A stretch of 64,000 bases of DNA from Squalus acanthias (taxonomy: Eukaryota). The notes below the pieces were generated by a model. That model made no database searches and was not told the origin of the DNA. It saw only the letters and a list, made by a program, of their open reading frames with translations. The stretch spans positions 7,874,001 through 7,938,000 of the forward strand of contig CM059432.1 of the NCBI GenBank assembly GCA_030390025.1, given 5' to 3'. Made by a program: the position numbers and the translations under genes. Shown here piece by piece: positions 1-11,462 of the stretch (the first letter of the stretch is position 1; every line of letters starts with the position of its first letter).

Positions 1-119
1 TAATATCAATAAAATGATTTGGAGTGTTTAAAACCATTCTACGGCATTTCAAGCTTGGTTGATTCTTACCTTTTGTACCCTAAAGAGTTAAATAAATCTA
101 CACTGCTTTGCCCATTTTT

Positions 120-560
120 GTCAGCCATGGCTCAGTGGGTAGCACTCTCGCTTCTGAGTCAGAAGGTTGTGGGTTGAAGTCCCACTCCTTGAGCACAAAA
201 AATCTAGGCTGACACTCCCGGTGCAGTACTGAGGGAGTGCTGCACTGTCGGAGATGCCGTCTTTCGGATGAGACGTTGAACCGAAGCCCCGTCTGCTCCC
301 ATAGCACTATTTCGATAGAAGAGCAGGGGAGTTCTCCCCGGTGTCCTGGGGCCAATATTTATCTCTCAACCAACATCACTAAAACAGATTATCTGATCAT
401 TATCACATTGCTGTTTGTGAGAGCTTGCTGTGCTCAAAATGGCTGTAACGTTTCCTACATTACAACAGTGACTGCACTTCAAAAGAACTTTATTGGCTGT
501 AAAAGCGCATTGGGAAGTCCAGAGGTCGTGAAAGGCACTATATAAATGCAAGTTCTTTCT
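120..560 (+). mobile_element. tRNA-derived SINE (DeuSINE/SacSINE1-like), near full length
   Basis: Pol III A-box (TGGCTCAGTGGG) and B-box-like (GGTTGAAGTCCC) head. The body recurs >15 times in the window. Tail ...TATATAAATGCAAGTTCTTTCT. Confidence 0.85.
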
Positions 561-1299
561 ATTTTGGGGCGCAGAATGGGGCAAAAGCACCAATTTCCCA
601 GAGCAGTCTCCTGTGCCCCAAGAGCGCCTTAAATACATCCAGTACCATATTGGGTCAAGCGATATTCAGGCGTCATTGGCAGCTGCCTAAAACAAGTGTG
701 AGGCCCCTTGAATATATTAATGAGGGGGCTCACACCTGTTACAGGACCACTCCTGGAAATGTGTGAACTTTGCTCAGGCTTGTGGGTGCTTTAGCGGCCT
801 AACTGGTGGTCCTTAAAGAGACTGATGGAGCGCAGCAACAAAAAGGTATTTTCTTTTAAACTTACCTTCATATGGAGCCAGTGGGGGGACGGTTGCGGGT
901 GGCGAAGGAGTCCTCCTCCTAGCTCCACAAGACTACTGCGGGCCCACGCTAGCTCCCTCACAATCTCCTACCCATCTCCACCGCCGCCCCCCCCCCCGCC
1001 CCACACCCCTAGGGTCTGTTCCACCGTTCAATTAGATCCTGGCCGATCTGTGTCTCAACTCCATTTACCCGTTTTGGTTCCGTAACCCTTAATATCCTCA
1101 CCTAACAAAAATCCATCAATCTCAGTTTTGAAATTTTCAATTGACCCCCAGCCTCAACAGCTTGTTGCGGGAGAGAGTTCCAGATTCCCACTACCCTTTG
1201 TGTGAATAAGTGCTTCCTGACATCACCCCTGAATGGCCGAGCTCATTAAGTATGAAATTATAGCACATTTTGTGCAGCGAACTAGCAACCCATTGTCAA

Positions 1300-1735
1300 A
1301 ATTGAGTAGAATGGGCCTATATTCTCTGGAGTTTAGAAGAATGAGAGGTGATCTCATTGAAATACGTAAGATTCTGAGGGGGATTGACAGGGTAGATGCT
1401 GAGAGGTTGTTTCCCCTGGCTGGAGAGTCTAGAACTAGGGGGCATAGTCTCAGGATAAGGTCCATCATTTAGGACTGAGATGAGGAGGAATTTCTTCTCT
1501 CAGAGGGTTGTGAATCTTTGGAATTCTCTGCCCCAGAGGGCTGTGGATGCTGAGTTGTTGAGTATATTCAAGGCTGAGATCGATAGATTTCTTGACTCTA
1601 AGGGAATCAAGGGATATGGGGATCGGGCGGGGAAGTGGAGTTGAGGTCGAAGATCAGCCATGATCTTATTGAATGGCGGAGCAGGCTCGAGGGGGCGAAT
1701 GGCCGACTCCTGCTCCTAATTCTTACGTGCTTAAG
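1300..1735 (+). mobile_element. CR1 LINE 3' fragment; an opposite-strand CR1 3' piece lies at ~1008-1243
   Basis: ORF2 C-terminus LSRMGLYSLEFRRMRGDLIE...RTRGHSLRI, followed by the CR1 3' UTR and a TTCTTA-type tail. Confidence 0.85.
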
Positions 1736-1889
1736 TAAATTGGTATCAAGATATGCATTGTTTTGGGCTCGATCAACTCATTAATCATGAATTTGTTCCT
1801 GTACACAATGAGGGAGTTCAAACAGATTGCAGCTGATACATTGAACATTTAATACCCTATAGAGCAGGTTGAACAAGAACTGTACCAAA

Positions 1890-2481
1890 TATAAGAAGAT
1901 AAGAATATAAGAAATAGGAGCAGGAGTAGGCCATATGGCCCCTCGAGCCTGCTCTGCCATTCAATAAGATCATGGCTGATCTTCGACCTCAACTCCACTT
2001 TCCCGCCCGATCTCCATATCCCTTGATTCCCTAGAGTCCAAAAATCTATCGACCTCAGCCTTGAATATACTCAAAGACTCAGCATCCACAGCCCTCTGGG
2101 GTAGAGAATTCCAAAGATTCACAACCCTCTGTGTGAAGGAATTCCTCCTCATCTCGGTCTTAAATGGCCGACTCCTTATCCTGAGACTATGGCCCCTAGT
2201 TCTAGTCACTCCAGCCAGGGGAAACAGTCCCTCAGCATCTACCCTGTCAATCTCCTTCAGAATCTTGTATATTTCAATGAGATCACCTCTCATTCTTCTA
2301 AACTCCAGAGAGTATAGGCCCATTCTACACAATCTCTCATCATAGGACAGCCCTCTCATCCCAGGAACCAATCTAGTGAACCTTCGTTGCACTGCCTCCA
2401 AGGCAAGTATATCCTTCCTTAGATAAGGAGACCAGAACTGTGCACAGTACTTCAGGTGTGGTCTCACCAAGGCCCTGTACA
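1890..2481 (-). mobile_element. CR1 LINE, 5'-truncated
   Basis: ORF 1970-2626 contains YRALVRPHLKYCAQFWSP...RGDLIE...FTQRVVNLWNSLP. Short-repeat 3' tail at ~1890-1915. Confidence 0.9.
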
Positions 2482-2660
2482 CAGCGATGTGACCGAAGTG
2501 GAGGAGTTTCTGGAGGATGTACGGCCGCGGGAGTGGACGGTCGATGGTCGGTGGTCTGTAAAGACAGATGACAGCCTGTACTTCGTTGATACTAGAGACA
2601 AAAAGAAAGATCCACTCCATAATCAAGGAAAACTGAAGCCTGTGCGGAGCGACCCCATTC
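2480..2660 (+). pseudogene. NOP53: Fragment of a retrocopied NOP53 (GLTSCR2) N-terminal coding region
   Basis: Translates HSDVTEVEEFLEDVRPREWTVDGRWSVKTDDSLYFVDTRDKKKD...KLKPVRSDPI. This matches the vertebrate NOP53 pattern EVxxFLEDVRLQERTxGGLxSExxxxxLFFVDT...KPLRxDLI as recalled, not searched. No start codon, splice sites or other exons nearby. Confidence 0.7.
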
Positions 2661-3135
2661 AGTCACTTAAATATTGGTGCCCGCGCATCGGTCACTACGC
2701 TGGCTGGTCACTGTGCAAAACTCATATTTTAAGGCACTGTGCTAATATTATTTTTTCATGGGCGCCTTTGTGTGTGCTGCAGGGCTGTGCTTGTAGCACC
2801 ACAGGGAAAGTCATACGGAGGTTTACATATGACAGAGCCACATAATTACCGAGGCAGATATTGACACACAGGAGAACGTGGATCTAGAGAGTTTGGACAA
2901 AGAGAGATAGGCACCTGTACTTAGAAACATGTAGACAAGAGTTTCAGTGGAGATAGGTGAATGCAGGATTACACACAACGTAAGACAATTGGACACCACT
3001 GTGTGGCAATTAGGGGATCCGCTAGTGACCGTGACAAGGTCATTTACTGACACTCTGAGATCCATTGGTGAAAGGTTTCACAAATGACTTCAGTATTAAT
3101 CATCTACATGTGTAGCTCACTCGTCACCACCACCA

Positions 3136-3340
3136 CAACAACAACAACAACTTGCCTTTAACATAGTAAAACGTCCCAAGGTGCTTCACAGAAGTGTTAA
3201 AAGACAAAAAATTTGACAACGAGCCACATAAGGAGAAATTAGCTCAGGTGACGAGGTAGGTTTTAAGGAGTGTCTTAAAGGAGGAGAGAGAGGTAGAGAG
3301 GCGGAGAGGTTTAGGGAGGGAATTCAGAGCTTAGAGCCAG
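3136..3340 (-). mobile_element. L2 LINE 3' end
   Basis: (CAA)n tail on + strand; same 3' UTR as the other L2 copies. Confidence 0.8.
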
Positions 3341-3471
3341 AGTTTAGGACCACATCTAGACTAAAGTCTAAAATATTCTATTTTTAAAACAACTTTCGAT
3401 CTTGTATCAACTTTTTTGTTCAAAATTCAGTCTAGTTTTGTCAAACATGGAACACAACAACAAAACACAAA

Positions 3472-4415
3472 AGGGTTGACTTTAACTTGCCAAAATCATC
3501 GTTAACGGGGGGGTAGCCGACTTGGATTGGTGTCGGTGGACTTATTATCCCATCAACGCTGACGCTTTGCTCGCTGCCACCGTTACAGGGGCCAATCAGT
3601 GGCAGCTGAACCTCCTGCCTCTTGGGATAAGATAGGCCCCTTTAAATATGCAAATCGGGGCCATGCGCCGAACGTAGGACCAAAAATAATCAAAAACGTA
3701 GCTTTTTGAGGGACCCGTCAGCTCCATTACCGGTAAAACTAGACGGAGAATGCACCTTGACCAGTTCTGTACCAAAAATGGCAATCAAACAACAACAGCA
3801 ACAACTTGCATTTATATAGCGCTTTTAACGTAGTAAAACTTCCCAAGGCACTTCACAGGAGTGTTATGGGACAAAATTTGGCACCGAGCCACATAAGGAG
3901 ATATTAGGATTGGTGACTAAAAGTTTGGTCAAAGAGGTAGGTTTTAAGGAGCAATTTAAAGGAGGAGAGAGAGGTAGCGAGGCGGAGAGGTTTAGGGAGG
4001 GAATTCCAGAGTTTGGGGCCGAGACCGCTGAAGGCACGGCCGCCAATGGTGGAGCGATTAAAATCGGAGATGCGCAAGAGGCCAGAATTGGAGGAGCGCA
4101 GAGATATTGGAAGGTTGTCGGGCTGGAGGAGGTTACAGAGATAAGGAGGGGCGAGGGCCATGGAGATATTTGAAAGCAAGGCTGAGAATTTTAAAATCGA
4201 GGCGTTGCCGGACCTGGGAGCCAGTGGAGGTCAGCGAGCACATGGGTGAATGGGATGGTGCACGTTAGGATGTGGGATATGGGATGAGCTCAAGTTTAGG
4301 AGGGTGGTAGGTGGGAGATTGGCCGGGGGGAGTATTAGAACAGTCCATTTTTCACGGCCGGAACAGGTGGGTTACTGACGCCATCCACCAGTCACCCAAA
4401 GGTTAAAATCGACAC
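3472..4415. mobile_element. Degenerate Harbinger-type MITE split by an L2 insertion
   Basis: Left end GGGTTGACTTTAACTT; right end reverse-complements to GTGTCGATTTTAACCTT. GC-rich body. Confidence 0.45.
3787..4346 (-). mobile_element. L2 LINE 3' fragment
   Basis: ORF 3904-4179 reads LAPPYLCNLLQP...SLRSSNSGLL...GGRAFSGLGPKLWNSLP (L2 ORF2 C-terminus); (CAA)n tail. Confidence 0.85.
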
Positions 4416-4514
4416 TGCGCAACTATTTATTAGGCGTTGTGTGGTTAATGAGTACACTTACTATAGATAAGGATTTACACCACAGATAATTCCTGGTTTT
4501 TCAACGAATACATT

Positions 4515-5257
4515 GGGCCGTATTTTGCGACCCCTACGGGTGCGTACGAGGTCCGTAGGGGCCGTGCAAGTTCGGGTTTAGGTGTGCGAAGCGCATGCAC
4601 TGAAACCCGGCAGTTGCGATCTGTCAAGAATTCTCTTGACAGATCCTCCGCATCCCCGGGAGACGGGCCTCTGCGGGTGGAGATTTGCGCTTTTTGCCCA
4701 ACTTCTTCCCGCTGAATGCCCGTGAAATTCTTAGGCCCGGTAAAAGCAGGAGTAAGGCCAGCTTTTACCAGCATAAGAGTTTAAAAAAATAGAAAAATAA
4801 CATTTTATCACTCATTTATAAATTTAAAATATTCTTCTTATTTTTTGCCCTGTAAAAACATTAATTTTTTTTTCCAAAAATTACATTTTTGTTTAAAATA
4901 TTTAATTAAATGGCATTTTAATTAATTTTAAATATGTAAAAAATAAAGTTTTATTTTGTGTGTTGGTGCATTTTTTAAGTGATCCCCATTCATACTTACG
5001 GAGCTCCGTATGTACAGAACTGTCAAAATTATGAATGGGGATTCCCTTCGTTTATTGGTTGGGTCGGCCCATGTGATCCCAGGGGTCGCTTACGAACCGC
5101 TTGCGCCCCTGGGATACGGGGACCTCTGCCCGTGCGGACCCGGAGAGGCCCAGGATTGCGAGCCACCATTCCTCCGGGAGACCAGGTACATTCGTAGATA
5201 TTTTGCTGGTCGGAGGCGTCCGCCCGCGGGAAACCTCCGATCGCAAATGTTGGCCCC
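4515..5257. mobile_element. PIF/Harbinger-type MITE
   Basis: Imperfect TIRs GGGCCGTATTTTGCGA / TCGCAAATGTTGGCCC(C). Flanking ATT duplicated at 4512-4514 and 5258-5260. GC-rich arms with an AT-rich core. Confidence 0.75.
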
Positions 5258-5374
5258 ATTAATATGTAGGATACAGCAGACATATTGAATGGATTCTTAG
5301 ATAGATAACTTACATCTATTCTCATAAAAGATTACTGCAGACAAATTCGTATTAAATACATCTAAGCCATCATT

Positions 5375-6675
5375 ACAGAACTGAGAGGTTATACTTACCA
5401 GGAAAGATCGAACAGGCTGGGGCTCTTTTTTCTAAAAAAGAGAAGACTGGGGGGGGTGACCTGATAGAGGTCTTTAAGATTATGAAAGGGTTTGATAGGG
5501 TAGACATAGAGACAATGGGCTCAATTTTCACCGGCCCGTGGAGGCGGGTTTGGAGGCGTGTGGGGTGTGAAAATAGCAGATGCGGGGGTCCCGAACCCAT
5601 CCCGCCCCCAACCCGCCTCCATGCCAGTTTCACAGGAGGCAGGTACCCGACCTGTGCTGGGACCCGCCTCCCCGAGGCGGGAAGGGGATTAGTGCCAATA
5701 AACTGCCTGTTAACAGGTAGTTAACAGGCAGTTTTTTGCCTAATCCCTATTTTTGGCCCTGAAGTGTGGGCTTCCTGACAGGTCCGAACCACGCTGATTT
5801 AGCGAGGTGGACCGTCGGTCTGGAGGGCTTGGAGGGGTCGAGATGTCCGGTGTGCAGGTGAGTGATGGGTGCATGAGTGCAGAGGGAAGTGTGTTTGGTG
5901 TGTGTAAAGTGTTTTAAGAACTTGTACTTACCTTAACTTTGTCCTGCAGGCTAGCTTCCTTAAGGTGTCGGGAGTCCCTCACATCCACGGCACAGAAAGC
6001 AGAATGGCCGCGGAGCTGTCAAAAGCTGCAGTCTCTGCTTTCTGTGCTGGATTGATTTCTAACTGAGTCTAAGTACAGGGACTCACGTTAGAAATCATAT
6101 TGTCAGTGTTTGACAGCTTCACAGAGCTGTCAAACGCTGAAATTTCATCTGTCAAAAGTTCTTGACAGATGAAATTTCAATGGCTGACATCACCTGTATC
6201 CAAGGGACCCTTGATTGGCCTGCTCAGCCCGCTGGGCGGGCTTAACAAGGTCAATCAAGGGAAAATACAGTGGGTTGGCCACAAGTCGATGGAGGCGGGA
6301 CTACAACCCAAAAAGTGGGAGTCCCGCCTCCATCACGTCCCCATTGACAAAATCCAGCCCAATGTTTCCACTTGCAGGCGAGACCAGAACAAGGGGACAT
6401 AATTATAAGATAGTCACTAATAAATCCAATAGGGAATTCAGGAGAAACTTCTTTACCCAGAGAGTGGTGAGAATGTGGAACTCGCTACCACAGGGAGTAG
6501 GTGAGGCGACTAGCATGGATGCACTCAAGGGGAAGCTAGATAAGTGCACGAGGGAGAAAGGAATAGAAGGTTATGTTGATGGGGTTAGAAGAGGGGTGGG
6601 AGGAGGCTGGTGTGGAGCATGGACCTGTTGGGCTGAATGGCCTGTTTCTGTGCTGTAAATACCTTGTACTTTGTA
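5375..6675 (+). mobile_element. CR1 LINE 3' fragment interrupted by a MITE
   Basis: ...VFKIMKGFDRVDIETM | MFPLAGETRTRGHNYKI...FFTQRVVRMWNSLP. The halves rejoin after removing 5517-6360 and one AAT. Confidence 0.85.
5517..6360. mobile_element. PIF/Harbinger-type MITE (844 bp)
   Basis: TIRs GGGCTCAATTTT / AAAATCCAGCCC. 3-bp TSD AAT at 5514-5516 and 6361-6363. Same family as 24707-25553, in inverted orientation. Confidence 0.85.
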
Positions 6676-6721
6676 ATAACACATACAGAAGTTATTGAGA
6701 ATGTGTTACTCAGGAACTTGA

Positions 6722-7185
6722 TTGGAGAGGAAGATTTACCAGAATGGTTCCAGGGATGAGGGACTTCAGTTACGTGAAGAGACTAGAGAAGCTGGGATTG
6801 TTCACCTTAGAGCAGAGAAGGTTAAGGGGAAGACTTAATAAAATTAAGAGGGGTTTTGATAGAGTAAATAAGGAGAAACTGTTTCCACTGGCAGGAGGGC
6901 CGGTAACCAGAGGACACAGATTTAAGGTAATTGGCAAAAGAACCAGAGGGGAGAGGAGGAGAAGTCTTTTTACGCAGCAAGTTGCTATGATCGAGAATGC
7001 GCTGCCTGAAATGGCGGTGGAAGCAGATTCAATAGGGAGTTGGATATATATTTGAAAAGGATAAATTTGCAGGGCTATGGAGGAAAGAGCAGGGGGGAGT
7101 GGGCCTAATTGGAGAGCTCTTTCAAAGAGCCGGCACAGACACGATGGGTCAAATGGCCTCCTTCTGTGTTGCATGATTCGATGAT
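6722..7185 (+). mobile_element. CR1 LINE 3' fragment (second subfamily)
   Basis: MVPGMRDFSYVKRLEKLGLFTLEQRRLRG...TRGHRFKVIGKR; ATGATTC tail. Confidence 0.85.
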
Positions 7186-7249
7186 TGAATGTCCTGTGCC
7201 AGTAGGACACATGAATCCTCAAAGAATTAAAGGCGCGATGCCTGGTTCA

Positions 7250-7900
7250 TATTTTTCAAAGTTCCATAATTATTGAAGCAAGACCTGCGGCCTGGTGGAT
7301 AGGAAGTCTAGCTCCAATATTCAAAAAAGGAGCAAGACACGAAACTGGTTAATTTAAGGCCTGTTTGCCTAATATTAATTTTTGAGACATTCTATAGGAC
7401 ATTGTAGATTAATATGAAAAGAGCGCTGGAAACAATTAGCAATGGCTTTAAAAATACCAGGTCATGCCGATCTTAAAAATTCTTTGAGGAGCTAATTAAG
7501 CCAGTGAACAAGAATGATTCAGCGGATGTAATTTACTTGGATTCTTCGAAATGTAGTCGACATTGTTCCTCGTATGAGATGAAGAGAGAAGGTTAGGGCT
7601 CGTGGTACAGATGACAAATTGTCAAAGTAGATCGACAATTGGCTCAGCAACAGCAGTTAAATTGTTATAATAAATGGAAAGTGTTCTTCCTTGGAAGAAG
7701 TGATCGGGTGATATTCCACGGGGATCCACGGGGCTTTGTTCTCGGTCCCTTGCTGTTCAAGATATTTGTGAAAGATACTGGCAGGTAACGAGTAGCGACG
7801 AGGTTATTTTCAGAGAGACTTTGACTAATTATGTAGATGATCTGAAGCATGGTGGGTGGATTGAATGTGGTTAAGTGTAGGGCGATGCCTAAAGGAAGAG
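7250..7900 (+). mobile_element. Ancient, heavily decayed CR1 RT-region relic
   Basis: Remnants of PIFKKG/GNxRPVxL (~7310-7375), DVIYLD (~7525) and PxGxVLGPLLFxIF (~7725-7770), with many stops. Confidence 0.55.
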
Positions 7901-7993
7901 GGAAACACGTGAAGAACATGGAAGAATCCTATTTTGTATCTTTTTCCCACTCCAATGTTAGGCCCTAAAATTTCAGTAAATGAGATGGGTAAA

Positions 7994-8245
7994 AGAAAGA
8001 CTTGCATTTATACAGCGCCTTTCATGACCTCAGGACGTCTCAAAGCGCATTACAGCCAGTGAAGTATTTTTGAAGTGTAGTCACTGTTGTAATGTAGGAA
8101 ACGCGGCAGCCAGATTGCGCACAGCAAGCTCCCACAAACAGCAATGTGATAATGACCAGACAATCTGTTTTTAGTGATAGTGGTCAAGGGATAAATATTG
8201 GCCCCAGGACACCGGGGAGGGATCCCCTGCTCTTCTTCAAAATAC
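7994..8245 (-). mobile_element. SINE 3' half
   Basis: AAGAAAGACTTGCATTTATA tail and family body on the - strand. Confidence 0.85.
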
Positions 8246-8559
8246 TCCTCATGTCCACATTGATACTCATCTCAACAAGGCTGTGTGGGCTAAAGATGTA
8301 AGGAACGTTCCATTCCGTATTTGCATGCGTTTATCCGGGGAACGGATTGAGGATCAGGATTCTCCGAACAAACGCTGCACGTTGGTAATCTATGTTCCTG
8401 TCACATCCGACAAAGGTGATCAATGCTGATGAAAATGAAAACGTTTTGTTAAAATAAACTGCAAAAGGCGAGAGAAGAAAAGGAAGAGGATTTGTGAGTG
8501 ATTGATGGTCATACTGGATATTCTGAATAAGGAAATGCTCTTGATTGTACGCAACACAT

Positions 8560-9339
8560 GGGCGCTGAAATTGCGGCCGGCGGCATAGCTCAGGAGTACG
8601 CCACCGACCTCCGCACGACATCCGCACTTACCTGGTGCGAGGCCCCAAGCGAAAACTTGCTTTGAAATGCTGCGGAGTTGCGCGCAGCGTAATGGCCCAC
8701 CGTTCCAAGGGGCACACTGTGTACGTAAGCGTACCTGGGATCACGTGGGGCCGTGCTCCTTTCACCAGCCAATCAGGCAACATAAATCTCTGATGCCCGA
8801 AATCAATCAACTTTTAAATTAAACTGTTTGAATCTTTATTTGACAAGTGCATTACTTGGCTTTGAAAAGCAAAGGGAGTACTTTGGAGTAAGTGCAGTTG
8901 TTTACTGGAAGACTCTGCAAGATTTAAAAAAGATCTCATCCCTCAAACCGAGCCTTTACATCTGCCTGGCAGGTTCTTTTACGTGTTTGTTTTTATTTTA
9001 TGGCCCTGAAATTGCAAATCTCTCATTTCCCCCCTCTCCCCTTACGCTGTGCAAACAGGCTCCTGCGCCTGTTTGCACCAGCTGCAAAAATTTTTTACGT
9101 AATTAGAGCACAGTGGGTAGGCAATTAGCCCAACTCTGCGCCAGCACATCGATTCCAATGGGCAGCTGAAACATGCAGCACAGCCAATGCGCTGTCGGAA
9201 CTCGACAGACCGCAAGTTCGGGATTTAGCGCATGCGCGAGCGAGTGTGGAAATCCCGAACTGGCGGTCAATTTTAAAGGCGGCCGGTATGACGGCGTACT
9301 CTGAAACTAGGCCGTCATACTGACTGCAAATTCTAGCCC
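8560..9339. mobile_element. Harbinger-type MITE remnants (one or two elements)
   Basis: TIR-like starts GGGCGCTGAAATTGC (~8560) and GGCCCTGAAATTGC (~9002); end GCAAATTCTAGCCC (~9339); internal hairpin at 9208-9268. Confidence 0.5.
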
Positions 9340-9582
9340 ATTATTGTTCACTGAAGTTTGCTACACTTCAAGATCATTGTTGCCTGTACCTTGGCCATCA
9401 CTGTCAAGTACTGATGAAGTGAGGTGGTTTTCATGATTAGGATTCAGAACTGTGCCTGGTTGTTCATTCTGCCATTTGATCTTTACATTTGGATGGAAAC
9501 GTATTAGGTTGAACTCATAGTGGAAATTATTGACACAATCCTTGGGTGGTCTTCTTTCACAATACATTGCCAAATACATTGG

Positions 9583-9812
9583 AAAGAAAGACAAATTTGC
9601 ATTTATATAGCGCCTTTCATAACCTCAGGATGTCCCAAAGCACTTTACAGCCAATTAAGTACTTTTGAAGTGTAGTCGCTGTTGTAATGTAGGAAACGCG
9701 GCAGCCAATTTTTGCACAGCAAGCTCCCACAAACAGCACTGTGATAATGGCAGGATAGTCTCTTTTTTTTTAGTGATGTTGCTTGAGGGATCAATGTTGG
9801 CCGGGACACCAG
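9583..9812 (-). mobile_element. SINE 3' half
   Basis: Family tail and body. Confidence 0.8.
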
Positions 9813-9824
9813 GTCCCTCTCACC

Positions 9825-10620
9825 CATCACCCCTGTGCTTGCTGAATTACATTGGTTCCTGGTCCTCCAGTGTCTCGAATTTAAAATTCATATCCTCATG
9901 GCTTGACAGGGTAGATGCAGGGAGGATGTTTCCTCTGGCTGGGGAGTCTAGAACCAGGGGTCACAGTCTCAGAATAAGGGGTCGGTCATTTAGGACTGAG
10001 ATGAGGAGAAATTTCTTCACGCAGAGGGTGGTGAATCTTTGGAATTCTCTACCCCAGAGAGCTGTGGAGGCTCAGTCGTTGAGTATATTCAAGACAGAGA
10101 TCGATAGATTTTTGAATCTTAAGGGAATCAAGGGATATGAGGATAGTGCAGGAAAGTGGAGATGAGGTAGAAGATCAGCCATGATCTTATTGACTGGCGG
10201 AGCAGGCTCGAAGGGCCGAATGGCCACTCCTGCTCCTATTTCTTATGTTCTTATGTTTAACTTGATTCATGGTCTTGCCCTTCTCGAGCTCTGTATTCTT
10301 CTCCATCTCTACGCTCCTCCAATTCCGGCTTCTAGTGCTTCCCTCCTCCCTCCACTCCACCATTGATGGCTGTGCCTTCAGCCATCTCGGCCCTGCGCTC
10401 TGGAATTCCTCCCTAACCTCTCTGCCTCTCCATCTCCCTTTCTTCCTTTTAAGACCTTCCTTAAAATCCACCTCTTTGACCAAGCCTCTGTTCGGCCCTC
10501 GGAAGTATCTTTTCCTTGAGCTCGGGATCCATTTATGTCCGACTACGCCTCTGTGAAACGCCTTGGAACAAAGTTTCTTCACTGAAGGTGCTGCTTAAAT
10601 CCAGATTGATGTTGCTGTTC
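9825..10620 (+). mobile_element. L2 3' fragment with a CR1 3' fragment (9901-10255, +) inserted
   Basis: L2 sequence on both sides. CR1 reads LDRVDAGRMFPLAGESRTRGHSLRI...GKWR with a TTCTTATG tail. Confidence 0.8.
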
Positions 10621-11090
10621 TAATGATGTTTTATTTACACTTTTAATAGGATTCTATTGACGGTTCAGTTCACAATTGCAAGGAATTTGGCAAACACCGT
10701 TGGGGTTGATTTTTAGGTGAGACAGTTCTAAATGGTTGACGACTGCTCCAATTCTCACCAGAATAGTAATGAGCTGGCAGAAATCAAGCCTACAGGGTAA
10801 TTTGCATAATTATTTCGAGCTCCAGATGCAGATTTCGCGAGTGGAAGGAGTGAGAAATTGTGTGTCGGTGAAACTTAAATGAACACACATTGTCACGGTT
10901 TGGCCACCTTTACACAGAAAAAGGATTTGGAGAAAGAAATTACTTTAAATGTCTTGTTGTAAAGCAAGTAAAAGAAAGGGAGGTCTGAGACAGCAGGCAG
11001 TTAAGCTGCTAATGAGCTAACTTTGATGTTCTTTCATCATAGACTGCAAATCATAAGCAATTTGTTTGCTTGTCTACCTACTTAATAAGG

Positions 11091-11462
11091 GTCAACCGTG
11101 GCACAGTGGTGGCACTCTCGCCTCTGAGACAGGAGGCTTCAAACTCCACTCCAGGAAGAAAACTTAGGCCGACGCTCCCAGTGCAGTGCTGAGGGAGTGC
11201 TGCGCTGTCGGAGGTGCCGTCTTTCGGATGAGGCGTTAAACCGAGGCCCCGTCTGCCCCCTCAGGCGGACGTAAAAGATCCCATGAAACTATTTCGAAGA
11301 AGAGCAGGGGAGTTATCCCCGGTGCCTTGGGCCAATATTTAACCCTCGACCCACATCACTAAAAAAACAGATTATCTGGTCATTATCTCATCTGTATTTG
11401 TGGGAGCTTGCTGTGCACATATTGGCTGCTTCATTTCCAACGTTACAACAGTGACTGCACTT
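11091..11462 (+). mobile_element. SINE lacking its 3' tail, fused to the provirus remnant
   Basis: Head and body are present; the sequence switches to retroviral pol after ...GTGACTGCACTT. Confidence 0.85.

Noticed and set aside
120..190. tRNA genes at SINE heads (also at 21980, 23862, 48028, 61329)
   Set aside because: tRNA-derived SINE promoters continuous with the SINE body; no intact cloverleaf or terminator.
1862..1890. SRLNKNCTK as the upstream half of the NOP53 fragment on the other side of the CR1
   Set aside because: Too short and weak to distinguish from chance.
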